A stretch of 14,716 bases of DNA from Candidatus Hydrogenedentota bacterium (GTDB lineage Bacteria > Hydrogenedentota > Hydrogenedentia > Hydrogenedentales > GCA-2746185). Under the pieces are notes generated by a model that was given only the letters and a program-made list of their open reading frames with translations, was not told where the DNA came from and searched no databases. A program made the position numbers and the translations under genes. The DNA lies in assembly GCA_046583315.1 (NCBI GenBank), contig JAYGCN010000170.1, forward strand, positions 1 through 14,716, written 5' to 3'. Numbering within the stretch: the stretch's first letter is position 1; each line of letters opens with the position of its first letter. Shown here one piece after another: positions 1 to 7,591 of the stretch.

Positions 1-1
1 A

Positions 2-568
2 CTTGAAGTGCGCGTCCACTGGGCGCCCGCCGACGATATGGCGTATCACGGCATTTACATACAATATCAGGATGGTGTTTTCTACGACTCTCGGCGTTCG
101 ACAGGCAGGAATGACGACGTCTACCATTTTCCAGATTTGCCTGCGGGATCGGTGAAGATTAGAGTGAAACAGGAACCCAACGATAAATCGATGACAGTAG
201 AATTGCTCCCGAATCAGACCCATCATGTGGACGTGTTGATGTACGGTGCTGAGATTGAATGTTTCACACATGGAGACTGGCAAATTCTGAACTGTTTCCT
301 ATTACCCACAACCGCTCAGATTCCGGACCAGATTACATCCCGAGAGGAATTCATTGCGCTTAAAGACCAGGCCTTGTACTCTTCAGATACAAGGAAGGGA
401 ATTGCAACGGTGAGTTTGGTAGAACCAGGGCAATACATCGCCGTAGCTACCTCTACTTTATACGATAAAAGGACCGATCCTTTTACGAGCATCAAAAGTG
501 GCCTCGCGCAGGTTTCAGTAACCGTAGAAGACGATACTCCCCTCGAAATCGGTTTCACCTTCGAATGA
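2..568 (+). CDS. 3' part of a large secreted/surface-type protein, probably with carboxypeptidase-regulatory-like beta-sandwich domains; 5' end lies outside the window
   Basis: Frame is open from the window edge (CTT GAA GTG...) to TGA at 566-568. YHFPDLPAGSVKIRV and VSLVEPGQYIAVA resemble the F-x-x-L-x-P-G-x-Y pattern of such domains. Confidence 0.6.
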   Translation, partial: LEVRVHWAPADDMAYHGIYIQYQDGVFYDSRRSTGRNDDVYHFPDLPAGSVKIRVKQEPNDKSMTVELLPNQTHHVDVLMYGAEIECFTHGDWQILNCFLLPTTAQIPDQITSREEFIALKDQALYSSDTRKGIATVSLVEPGQYIAVATSTLYDKRTDPFTSIKSGLAQVSVTVEDDTPLEIGFTFE

Positions 569-660
569 GACGTGAAATGAGCGACACAACAACACCAGCC
601 AACGAACTATCTACGTCATCTGTGGACAAAATCGGTTAGACCCCAAATGCCACCCTCGGT

Positions 661-690
661 TTGACACTCTCCGGCCTCATTTGCTACTAT
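661..690 (+). promoter_or_regulatory. sigma70-type promoter of the tRNA operon
   Basis: TTGACA (661-666), 18-nt spacer, extended -10 TG-C-TACTAT (682-690), 16 nt upstream of tRNA-Gly. Confidence 0.8.
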
Positions 691-706
691 ATGCGCCACT
701 TATCGA

Positions 707-781
<75 letters not shown>

Positions 782-808
782 TTTTTTCGTCTATACGTTG
801 ATTTTTGC

Positions 809-884
809 GGGCCGTTAGCTCAGTTGGTAGAGCAGTGGACTCTTAATCCGAAGGTCGCAGGTTCGACCCCTGCACGGCCCACCA
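809..884 (+). tRNA. tRNA-Lys (CTT)
   Basis: Acceptor GGGCCGT/ACGGCCC, D arm GCTCAGTTGGTAGAGC, anticodon loop CTCTTAA (CTT at 842-844), T arm GCAGG-TTCGACC-CCTGC and encoded CCA. Confidence 0.97.
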
Positions 885-892
885 TAAATTAC

Positions 893-929
893 AGGGTACT
901 CACGATTTATTCGTGAGTACCCTTTTTTT
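893..929 (+). terminator. Intrinsic terminator of the tRNA operon
   Basis: 13-bp perfect stem AGGGTACTCACGA/TCGTGAGTACCCT, 5-nt loop, then a T run. Confidence 0.9.
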
Positions 930-957
930 GTGCAAAATGGCGCAATCGAGAGCCTGT

Positions 958-994
958 TGTGAATAAAAGCACGCGCGCCGTTGTATTATTCACA
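958..994. promoter_or_regulatory. Inverted pair of DnaA-box consensus sites
   Basis: TGTGAATAA (958-966) and TTATTCACA (986-994) both match TT(A/T)TNCACA and are 19 nt apart. Confidence 0.45.
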
Positions 995-1100
995 GAGTTG
1001 GTAATTTCGCCTTGTCGTATGCCCCATAATGACAACGGGACGAAACTTATCCAGGGTCAACACCTATGCGCTCACAACCGAGCGAACAAGGAGAACTGGA

Positions 1101-1268
1101 ATGGCCAAAAGACACAGCGCAACAACGGAAATCACCCGTTCGGGAATAACGATGGGTTCCGCGCTGGCGATGATCCTTTCGTACAATGCCAATCAGTCGA
1201 TTTTGTGGGCTATCTTCCACGGAATATTCAGTTGGTTCTATGTACTTTATTTCGCAATCCTTCGCTGA
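1101..1268 (+). CDS. Small (55 aa) hypothetical membrane protein
   Basis: Strong RBS AAGGAG ahead of ATG 1101, a better start than 1029 in the ORF track. Sequence MAKRHSATTEITRSGITMGSALAMILSYNANQSILWAIFHGIFSWFYVLYFAILR has two hydrophobic segments. The GSALAM..S...WAIFHG..SW.YV.Y pattern is one I recall from a widespread uncharacterised family. Confidence 0.8.
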   Translation: MAKRHSATTEITRSGITMGSALAMILSYNANQSILWAIFHGIFSWFYVLYFAILR

Positions 1269-1309
1269 GCCAGCATAACGCACGCTACTCTGGAAGTGGC
1301 ATATTTCAA

Positions 1310-1328
1310 CCCTGCACGGCCCACCATA
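1310..1328 (+). repeat. Direct repeat of the tRNA-Lys 3' end (att-like)
   Basis: CCCTGCACGGCCCACCATA is identical to 868-886. It is preceded by TTCAA, versus TTCGAC in the tRNA T loop. Confidence 0.9.
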
Positions 1329-1349
1329 GTTTTCAAGCACCTGGTAATT

Positions 1350-1384
1350 AGTTGACATATTAGCTAATCTATGTCATACTTTTT
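1350..1384 (+). promoter_or_regulatory. Probable flp promoter overlapped by an inverted repeat; may also act as a terminator
   Basis: TTGACA (1352-1357), 17 nt, TG-T-CATACT (1372-1380). Inverted repeat TGACATA-N10-TATGTCA (1353-1376) is followed by a T run. Confidence 0.55.
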
Positions 1385-1435
1385 GTCTAGGGTATGGCAT
1401 TAAGACACGACCATATATGAGTATGAGGGGATAAC

Positions 1436-1606
1436 ATGAGACATTCAATCCGCACTTTTATTCGTAATGAGGAAGGTTTGGAAACAGTCGAATACGCCGT
1501 GATGACGTCGCTCATCGTGGCTGGAATGCTTCTCTCGCTTGTGGCGCTGGGTATCGCGGTCAAGGGAATAATCAATATCGCCTCCTCTGTAATTGCCGCG
1601 AACTAG
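1436..1606 (+). CDS. flp: Flp family (Tad/type IVb-c) prepilin, 56 aa; absent from the ORF track
   Basis: MRHSIRTFIRNEEG|LETVEYAVMTSLIVAGMLLSLVALGIAVKGIINIASSVIAAN has the F-x-x-x-E-x-G|x-x-x-x-E-Y Flp motif followed by a hydrophobic helix. RBS GAGGGG upstream. Confidence 0.9.
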   Translation: MRHSIRTFIRNEEGLETVEYAVMTSLIVAGMLLSLVALGIAVKGIINIASSVIAAN

Positions 1607-1665
1607 AGACGCGCTCACGCAGGGATGCCTTCCATACTCCGCTCGAAGCACCACCAGAAAATTCC

Positions 1666-1700
1666 ACACTCACGATGCACACACTCGTGGGTGTTTTTTT
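1666..1700 (+). terminator. Intrinsic terminator after flp
   Basis: Stem ACACTCACGA/TCGTGGGTGT (one G-U pair), 9-nt loop, T7 run. Confidence 0.7.
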
Positions 1701-1712
1701 ATGGAAGCACGA

Positions 1713-4049
1713 TTACTCCGCTGTTCGGAATAGATATGCGGCACCCAGGTAGATGAATCCCGCGAGCAGGAGGACCTGGGTGAAGCCGAAGTTGATGGCG
1801 AGCAGGATGGCGACGATGGAACCGAGCACAGAAGACCCGCCGTTCACGCCCCACATCCAGGGGACGGCGCGTTCATCACTTTCCGATACGCGTATCATGC
1901 CGGAGGGAAACGGCACGCCCATCAGCAGTCCCAGCGGCGCAATCAGGACGATGGTGATGAGTCCACGTGCGAACAGGCTCATGGGTAAGGCCCACTGGAT
2001 GATCGCCGGATAGGCCACCGCAGACAACACGATGAGCGCAAAGAGCAGGGGGAGCATTCGCGCGGGGGAGAGGTTGTATTTTCCGGTCAAGGCACTACCC
2101 ACACCACTAGCGATGAGCAAGGTGCCCAACACAAGAGCCAGCGAACGCGCAGGATGACCGAGCAACAGCCCGAAGCGTTGCATCAGCGTGATCTCCATAA
2201 ACATATACCCCGCGCCGAGACACGCGAAATACAGCAGCCAGCGCCGATGTCCCGTGAGTGAATGAGACGTGTGCGCGCGCAACGGCAGGACCATGAATAC
2301 CACCACGACAAAGAGGGTCAGAAAAAGCAGTACATACAACGCCATGCCCGACCAGTGTCCGCGAATGAGATTGCCCGGCCCGTCCTCTTCGAGAATGTTG
2401 AGCATGTAGCGCAGCCGTTCATAATGAAAGAAAAAGGGACTGTTGTCGTAGACCGGCGCGATGTCGTAGATGTAGTCGCGCAGAAACGCGTCCTGGGTGT
2501 TCGCCAGACGATTTTCCGCGTAATCCTTGATGACCAGTTCCGTTCCCTGCGCATCCGATTCAGGCGGGAAGGCTATTTTTCCGTTGGACTGAATCGCTTC
2601 CGTACGCAATTGCTTGAGCTCGTCTTCCGAGAACGGCGTGTTGCGCACCAGCACCGTCATCCAGTCGTCCGACGCGGCGACGATACATGATTCAGGATCT
2701 TCGATGCCGAGTTCATACAACGCTTCCAAGGCTACGGCAAACAAGCGCGGACCTTCCGCAGGATGCATCCACCGCGTCACACACAAGGAGCCTCCCGGCG
2801 TCAGGTGAGAGATGTAATCCTTGAACGCCTCGACGGTGTACAGATAATTCTCCGAGAGCACATACGCACCGGCGTTCAGCGCGGCGAAGGTGTCGATTCC
2901 GTGCAACATGATCGTGTCATAGAAGATGGGACTGCGCCGAATGAAGCTGCGTCCTTCTTCGTTATACAGCGACACCTGCGGGAGATGATAGATGCCCTGG
3001 TTCGCCTCGGCCAGTTCATCGAGCCCGACATGATAGGTCGTCGGGTTAATCTCTACCGCGTCGATGTGTTGCGCATTGGCACGCAACGCATTGCGAACAT
3101 CCGAGCCGCCTCCCGCACCGATGATCAACACATTGTCCATGTCCCTGTGCAACACATAAGGCATCGTATTGTTCAGCATATATTCGTCATTCGCAACGTA
3201 GGGAGGAAACTCCTCGTCTTCTCGTGTGATGACACCCGTCCAGGCATCCCCGTCTATATAGATACGATGCTCGGCGGGGTTGTTTTTCGTCGTCACAATA
3301 TCAATGCGCGAAATCGTGTTCCACTCACTGTATTCGATAATCGCCTCGTCACCGTCTTCGAGATTCGCCCAGTTATGATTGAACGCCTTGTCTTTTTCGG
3401 GAACGATGGATTGACTGATCTCGCTCTCGTGGCTACTTAGGCCGGCCAGCGCGACCAATACACCGATGAACCCGATGCCCGCGAACTGACGACTGGATAT
3501 CGCAGACCCGGCTATCGGAATAAAGACCAATCCCACGCTTAAGAGCACCAAATTGATGGCCCCCAACGGTTGCATCAGTAGTACGTACAGCAGGCAGCCC
3601 AATCCCGCACCGACCAAATCCAAAAAATACAGAAAATGAATCGACTTCGTGTAGTCTCGGAAAATGGATGCCAGAATCCAGCCACCAAAAAAATACGGCA
3701 ACACCGCGACGGCATACGTAATAAGCAATCGAATCTGCGAGGTCCCTTCAAAGAATTCCGAGAGATTGATGCCCATTCGCGGCAAAATCAGCGTGGAAAT
3801 CAGGGCCGAAATCAGATATCCCCACGCCGCCTTGTGCATCGTGAGCGTGCGCGCCAGCCAGGTGTCCTTGCCAAATGCCAGCCACGTGCCACTGATGCCA
3901 AAACCCAGCAACGCGATCGACACGATGAGATAAACAAGATGGTTCCAGTACACGACGCCAAAAATGCGCGTCTGGACCAGTTGCAAAAGTAATGTGGACA
4001 TGGCAACACAAAATACAACCACGCCGATAACGGGATTTCTAGCAGACAT
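1713..4049 (-). CDS. Multi-pass membrane protein with a central spermidine-synthase-like (class I SAM-binding) domain, 778 aa
   Basis: N- and C-terminal transmembrane bundles (IALLGFGISG, LYFLDLVGAGLG, LMGVPFPSG, WMWGVNG). Central NVLIIGAGGGSDV...IDAVEINP...EEGRSFI...LSENYLYTVEAF. Substrate unknown. Confidence 0.85.
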   Translation of the reverse strand: MSARNPVIGVVVFCVAMSTLLLQLVQTRIFGVVYWNHLVYLIVSIALLGFGISGTWLAFGKDTWLARTLTMHKAAWGYLISALISTLILPRMGINLSEFFEGTSQIRLLITYAVAVLPYFFGGWILASIFRDYTKSIHFLYFLDLVGAGLGCLLYVLLMQPLGAINLVLLSVGLVFIPIAGSAISSRQFAGIGFIGVLVALAGLSSHESEISQSIVPEKDKAFNHNWANLEDGDEAIIEYSEWNTISRIDIVTTKNNPAEHRIYIDGDAWTGVITREDEEFPPYVANDEYMLNNTMPYVLHRDMDNVLIIGAGGGSDVRNALRANAQHIDAVEINPTTYHVGLDELAEANQGIYHLPQVSLYNEEGRSFIRRSPIFYDTIMLHGIDTFAALNAGAYVLSENYLYTVEAFKDYISHLTPGGSLCVTRWMHPAEGPRLFAVALEALYELGIEDPESCIVAASDDWMTVLVRNTPFSEDELKQLRTEAIQSNGKIAFPPESDAQGTELVIKDYAENRLANTQDAFLRDYIYDIAPVYDNSPFFFHYERLRYMLNILEEDGPGNLIRGHWSGMALYVLLFLTLFVVVVFMVLPLRAHTSHSLTGHRRWLLYFACLGAGYMFMEITLMQRFGLLLGHPARSLALVLGTLLIASGVGSALTGKYNLSPARMLPLLFALIVLSAVAYPAIIQWALPMSLFARGLITIVLIAPLGLLMGVPFPSGMIRVSESDERAVPWMWGVNGGSSVLGSIVAILLAINFGFTQVLLLAGFIYLGAAYLFRTAE

Positions 4050-4136
4050 ACAGCTTCCAAAAGGTTAGAACAAATATCCGGGAAGTCTAATGGTTAGGGG
4101 CTGAACGAGTCAAACGAAGCGTTGTTGGAATTGGAA

Positions 4137-4298
4137 TTAGGGCATTCCAATTCTAACCGCGCCTTCGGATGCTCTAAGGATGACCGGCTTGCTGATTGAG
4201 ATGATCTCCGATGACGAAGTCGTACTCGTATTCTCCTTCACGTAAATAATTCATTCCGGTGAGACTGCGTCAATCGCTTCGGTAAAAGTGTTAAACGG
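4137..4298 (-). pseudogene. Degraded C-terminal fragment of a secreted-type protein; not in the ORF track
   Basis: Reads PFNTFTEAIDAVSPE*IIYVKENTSTTSSSEIISISKPVILRASEGAVRIGMP*. It resembles the P-F-x-T-x-x-E-A...G-x-I-x-V...I-x-K-P-V-x-L module of DUF1565/beta-helix-associated proteins. Internal TGA at 4251-4253 sits where Gly is expected; no start codon. Confidence 0.65.
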
Positions 4299-5361
4299 AA
4301 CGGATGATTGCAACACCTTCACGATTACGCATGATGACGTAACGACACCGGGCGGTTGTCCGGCAGAATTGACTATCACGCGCACGTGGACGGCGACAGA
4401 CACCTGCGGTAACGCGAGCAGCTGCGTTCAGACCATCACGGTAGTGGATATTACACCTCCGATTATCCTGAACACGCCAGCCGGTGGAGACGTGGCATGT
4501 AACACCGAAAACTGCTTCACCATCACCGCTACGGACGACTGCGATCCCGATGTCGACATCAGCATCCAAGCCAGCGGCGACGTGGGCGCGGCAAACATCT
4601 CGATTGTCGACGGCACGGTATGTGTCACGTTCAATGTCAGCGGAACGATCAATTTCGACATCATCGCGACCGATGACTGTGGAAACGCCTCAACCGACAG
4701 TTTCACCCTGTCAGCGGTATGCGGCGGCTGCACACTGCTGTTGATTGACGAAGATGCTATCGACAATGGTTTGCCGCCGAACTACTTCTCCGATGTCGAC
4801 GTGAATGATCAATTCGCCGAAATTGGTGTGCGCGACGTACTGAAATACTTCGCCGAGCATGTCGGTGAGACCATCAAGTTGCACTCCGGCACAGTTGGTG
4901 ATGAAGGCTTCTTCGCGCTGACACAGATTCCATCTTCATGGGATGCAGCGGGTCCAACCAGTGACGGCGCCCGTAATTTCCGGATGGCAGGACCGGGACT
5001 GGGGTCCTACGACAGCAACGGGGATCGTGAATCGTTGCTCGACAAGATCCCCGGTGTGACGCCGCTTCGTGCGACGGGCCTCAAGATGCTTGAAGGCCAG
5101 ACCATCTGTGCCGTCGTCTACGACAGCGACATTAGCATCAACTACGATCCGTTGGACGGTAGCCTCAAAGGTGCCAATCTGGGAATCGTGGCATTTGAAG
5201 TGCTCCAGGTGAAGCGACTGCGTGGGCACTCGTCCGGTTCGCTCCCCGAGGTCACCATCAGAATTTTGGATGCCTCGAACGTGTTCCAGGAAGTTCCTGA
5301 ACTGTTTACCGACGCTCCGCAACCAACGTCGTCCTCAGAACCCTATGACACGCGTCCCTAG
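4288..5361 (+). pseudogene. Probably 5'-truncated gene: Cys-rich HYR-like repeats plus an uncharacterised C-terminal domain (frame intact, 357 aa)
   Basis: Begins mid-repeat (TDDCN...TITRTWTATDTCGN...QTITVVD; ATDDCD; ATDDCGN). No signal peptide and no clear RBS at GTG 4288. C-terminal domain runs LLIDEDAIDNG...VVYDSDISINY...GANLGIVAFEV. Confidence 0.6.
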
Positions 5362-5383
5362 TTAGCATTCCGAAAATGGACAA

Positions 5384-5414
5384 GGGCGGCTTCTTCAATC
5401 TGAAGAAGCCGCCC
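5384..5414. terminator. Hairpin between convergent genes (probable terminator)
   Basis: 14-bp perfect stem GGGCGGCTTCTTCA/TGAAGAAGCCGCCC with a 3-nt loop. No long U tract. Confidence 0.65.
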
Positions 5415-5439
5415 AACCTATTACTGACACTCTTTCCAA

Positions 5440-6093
5440 TTACTCCGGAAAACCCTTCAAACCCTCGTCCAACTGCACTCCAAAGCTGTTGAGGGCCATG
5501 GATACGAGGTTATATTCCCCGACGGTGAACACGAGATCCATCAATTGTTTTGTGTTGTAGATTTCAGCGAGCGCGTTCCAGGTGGCATCGCTGACGAAGG
5601 CATCTTTGTGCAATTCGTCGGTCGCCTGGAGTAAGAGGCGGCTGTTGTCGGAGAGTCCTTTCGCCGTTGGGCCTTCGATAATTCGTTCTATGTCTTCATC
5701 CGTGAGCCCATCCCGTTTCCCGATGACCACGTGCTGTCCCCATTCGTATTCCGCCTGACACAACCAGCCGATCCGCAGAATAAGTGTTTCGCGATCCTTC
5801 GGAGGCAGTGTGTTTCGGCTCAGTATATGCCCCCCGAACACCAGCCAGTCCCGCGCGAGATCCGGATGATTCGCCATCGTGGTAAAAACATTCCATAGGC
5901 GTCCCCGGGATTCGAAACCTTCGAGTAACTCGCGCTGAGCATCGGTCCACTCGGCTTTCTTGACCGGTGGAATACGAGGTGTATCCACGCGTACCGCGTC
6001 ACTCTTCTGTCCCGCATAGAACCCAGAGACGAATACACCCGCAACAGCCGATAGGCCGACAAACCCTCTTCGAAACCAACTTGATCTTGACAT
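5440..6093 (-). CDS. Carboxymuconolactone decarboxylase (CMD/AhpD-like) family protein, 217 aa, with a Tat-like N-terminus
   Basis: NVFTTMANHPDL...LPPKDRETLILRIGWLCQAEYEWGQH...VSDATW...LVFTVGEYNLVSMALNSFGVQLD. Start moved to ATG 6093, which has an AAAGGA RBS. Confidence 0.88.
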   Translation of the reverse strand: MSRSSWFRRGFVGLSAVAGVFVSGFYAGQKSDAVRVDTPRIPPVKKAEWTDAQRELLEGFESRGRLWNVFTTMANHPDLARDWLVFGGHILSRNTLPPKDRETLILRIGWLCQAEYEWGQHVVIGKRDGLTDEDIERIIEGPTAKGLSDNSRLLLQATDELHKDAFVSDATWNALAEIYNTKQLMDLVFTVGEYNLVSMALNSFGVQLDEGLKGFPE

Positions 6094-6242
6094 GTCCAAA
6101 TTTCCTTTAATTTTGAGTTGAATGGCGATATACTCACACGAACGGCAAACTCGAAAATAGCACGAAATAGTGGAAAGTACAAACTCTGAATCCAGATTAA
6201 CCAGCAAAAATAGTCCAATATTGTCGAAAAACGGGGGTAAAC

Positions 6243-7244
6243 ATGGCTGAAATCGTACCCGGTAGCGAAGAATGGCTCGCGTCGGTTCAGGAAGAGGTCG
6301 TTGATCCGGACCGGCCCATCATCGACCCGCACCACCATCTCTGGCAACGACCCAACTCAACCTATGTGCTGGAGCACCTGCGTGCCGACACAGATTCGGG
6401 CCATAACATCGTAAAAACGGTGTTTCTGGAGTGCGGCGCGAGTTATCGCGAAACCGGGCCCGAACACCTGAAATGCATCGGGGAAACGGAGTTTGTAGAA
6501 GCGATCGCGGCCGAGTCCCGGGACGGAAAAGGGGCTGAAATCGCTGCCATCGTATCCCGGGCCGATTTACGCGGTCCTGACCTCGATGAAGTGTTGGATG
6601 CCCACGAAGCGGCGGCAAAGGGGTTGTTTCGCGGAATTCGACATGCCGGGGCGCGAGACCCCTATCCTGAGCATCTATCTATACCCGGACGTGCGCCGGA
6701 GGGGTTATATGCGATGGAAGACTACCGCGCTGGTGTCGCGCGACTCGGGGAGCGGGGCTATACCTTCGATACGTGGCATTATCATCATCAAAATGAGGCG
6801 TTCAGGGATCTGGCTGAGGCTGTGCCCGGCACGACCATGGTGCTGGATCATTTTGGAACTCCGCTCGGCGTGGGCGTCTATGACGGCAAACGAGAAGAGA
6901 TCTGGGAGAAATGGGTGGAGGACATCGAAGCCATCGCAGAATGCCCGAATGTCATCGCCAAATTGGGGGGATTGGCCATGCCGGACAACGGTTTCAAGTG
7001 GAACACTCATGCTCAACCCGCATTCTCCGGTGACTTCGTTCAGCAACAAGCACGGTACTATCATCACGCCATCGAGAGTTTCGGACCCGAACGCTGCATG
7101 TTCGAAAGCAACTTCCCCGTCGACCGCCGATCCATCTCCTACCACGTCCTCTGGAACGCCCTCAAGAAGATAGCCGCCCCCTTCAACGAGCACGATCAAT
7201 CCGAAATGTTCTACGACACCGCCGAGCGGGTGTATCGGCTGTAG
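6243..7244 (+). CDS. Amidohydrolase family protein (amidohydro_2, sugar-lactonase-like), 333 aa
   Basis: IIDPHHHLW metal-binding motif, FRGIRH, VLDHFG, AKLGGL and FGPERCMFESNFPVD. Confidence 0.92.
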   Translation: MAEIVPGSEEWLASVQEEVVDPDRPIIDPHHHLWQRPNSTYVLEHLRADTDSGHNIVKTVFLECGASYRETGPEHLKCIGETEFVEAIAAESRDGKGAEIAAIVSRADLRGPDLDEVLDAHEAAAKGLFRGIRHAGARDPYPEHLSIPGRAPEGLYAMEDYRAGVARLGERGYTFDTWHYHHQNEAFRDLAEAVPGTTMVLDHFGTPLGVGVYDGKREEIWEKWVEDIEAIAECPNVIAKLGGLAMPDNGFKWNTHAQPAFSGDFVQQQARYYHHAIESFGPERCMFESNFPVDRRSISYHVLWNALKKIAAPFNEHDQSEMFYDTAERVYRL

Positions 7245-7591
7245 AAACTGAAAACTGCATTTCTTAACGCAGAGGCGCAGAGGAAGAAACCGAAAACTGC
7301 GATTTCTAACGGGGGAGGTAGTCCATGGGAGGGCGAAGCTCCTGGTGAGCCGGAATCTCAAACCCACCAGCAATTACTACGCCCCATCTGTAAACAGTTA
7401 GAGTTCCTAACCCACTATTAATAAAGTGGTTACAAATCCTACCCTATTGTTTCCCCAAAACCCCGCATGCAACCACTAAGCAATTATATAAGGGTATTAA
7501 AACCGCCACGCTGAAGACGTGGACTACGTCAGACGAACACGGATACCACACACTTCACCTCCGCGCCTCTGCGTTAAAGTTCTTCGCGGTT
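7243..7591. repeat. Composite REP-like intergenic repeat locus 1
   Basis: Outer inverted repeat 7264-7283/7558-7577 (19/20). Inner GTAGTCCA/TGGACTAC (7318-7325/7520-7527). Imperfect 27-nt direct repeat (7243-7269, 7285-7311). Shares modules with 13733-14078. Confidence 0.8.

Noticed and set aside
577..639. 20-codon ORF MSDTTTPANELSTSSVDKIG after the first gene
   Set aside because: Too short, weak RBS and no recognisable motif.
1020..1085. Possible hammerhead ribozyme or c-di-GMP riboswitch (ATAATGA...GGACGAAAC)
   Set aside because: The CUGANGA core and stem II pairing are absent, and the GEMM motifs are incomplete.
4251..4253. TGA recoded as Gly or Sec in the minus-strand fragment
   Set aside because: TGA acts as a normal stop elsewhere (566-568, 1266-1268) and the fragment has no start. 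A GGA-to-TGA mutation is simpler.
6094..6207. 38-aa N-terminal extension of the CMD ORF in the track
   Set aside because: The region is AT-rich and looks like the divergent promoter; the RBS sits before ATG 6093.
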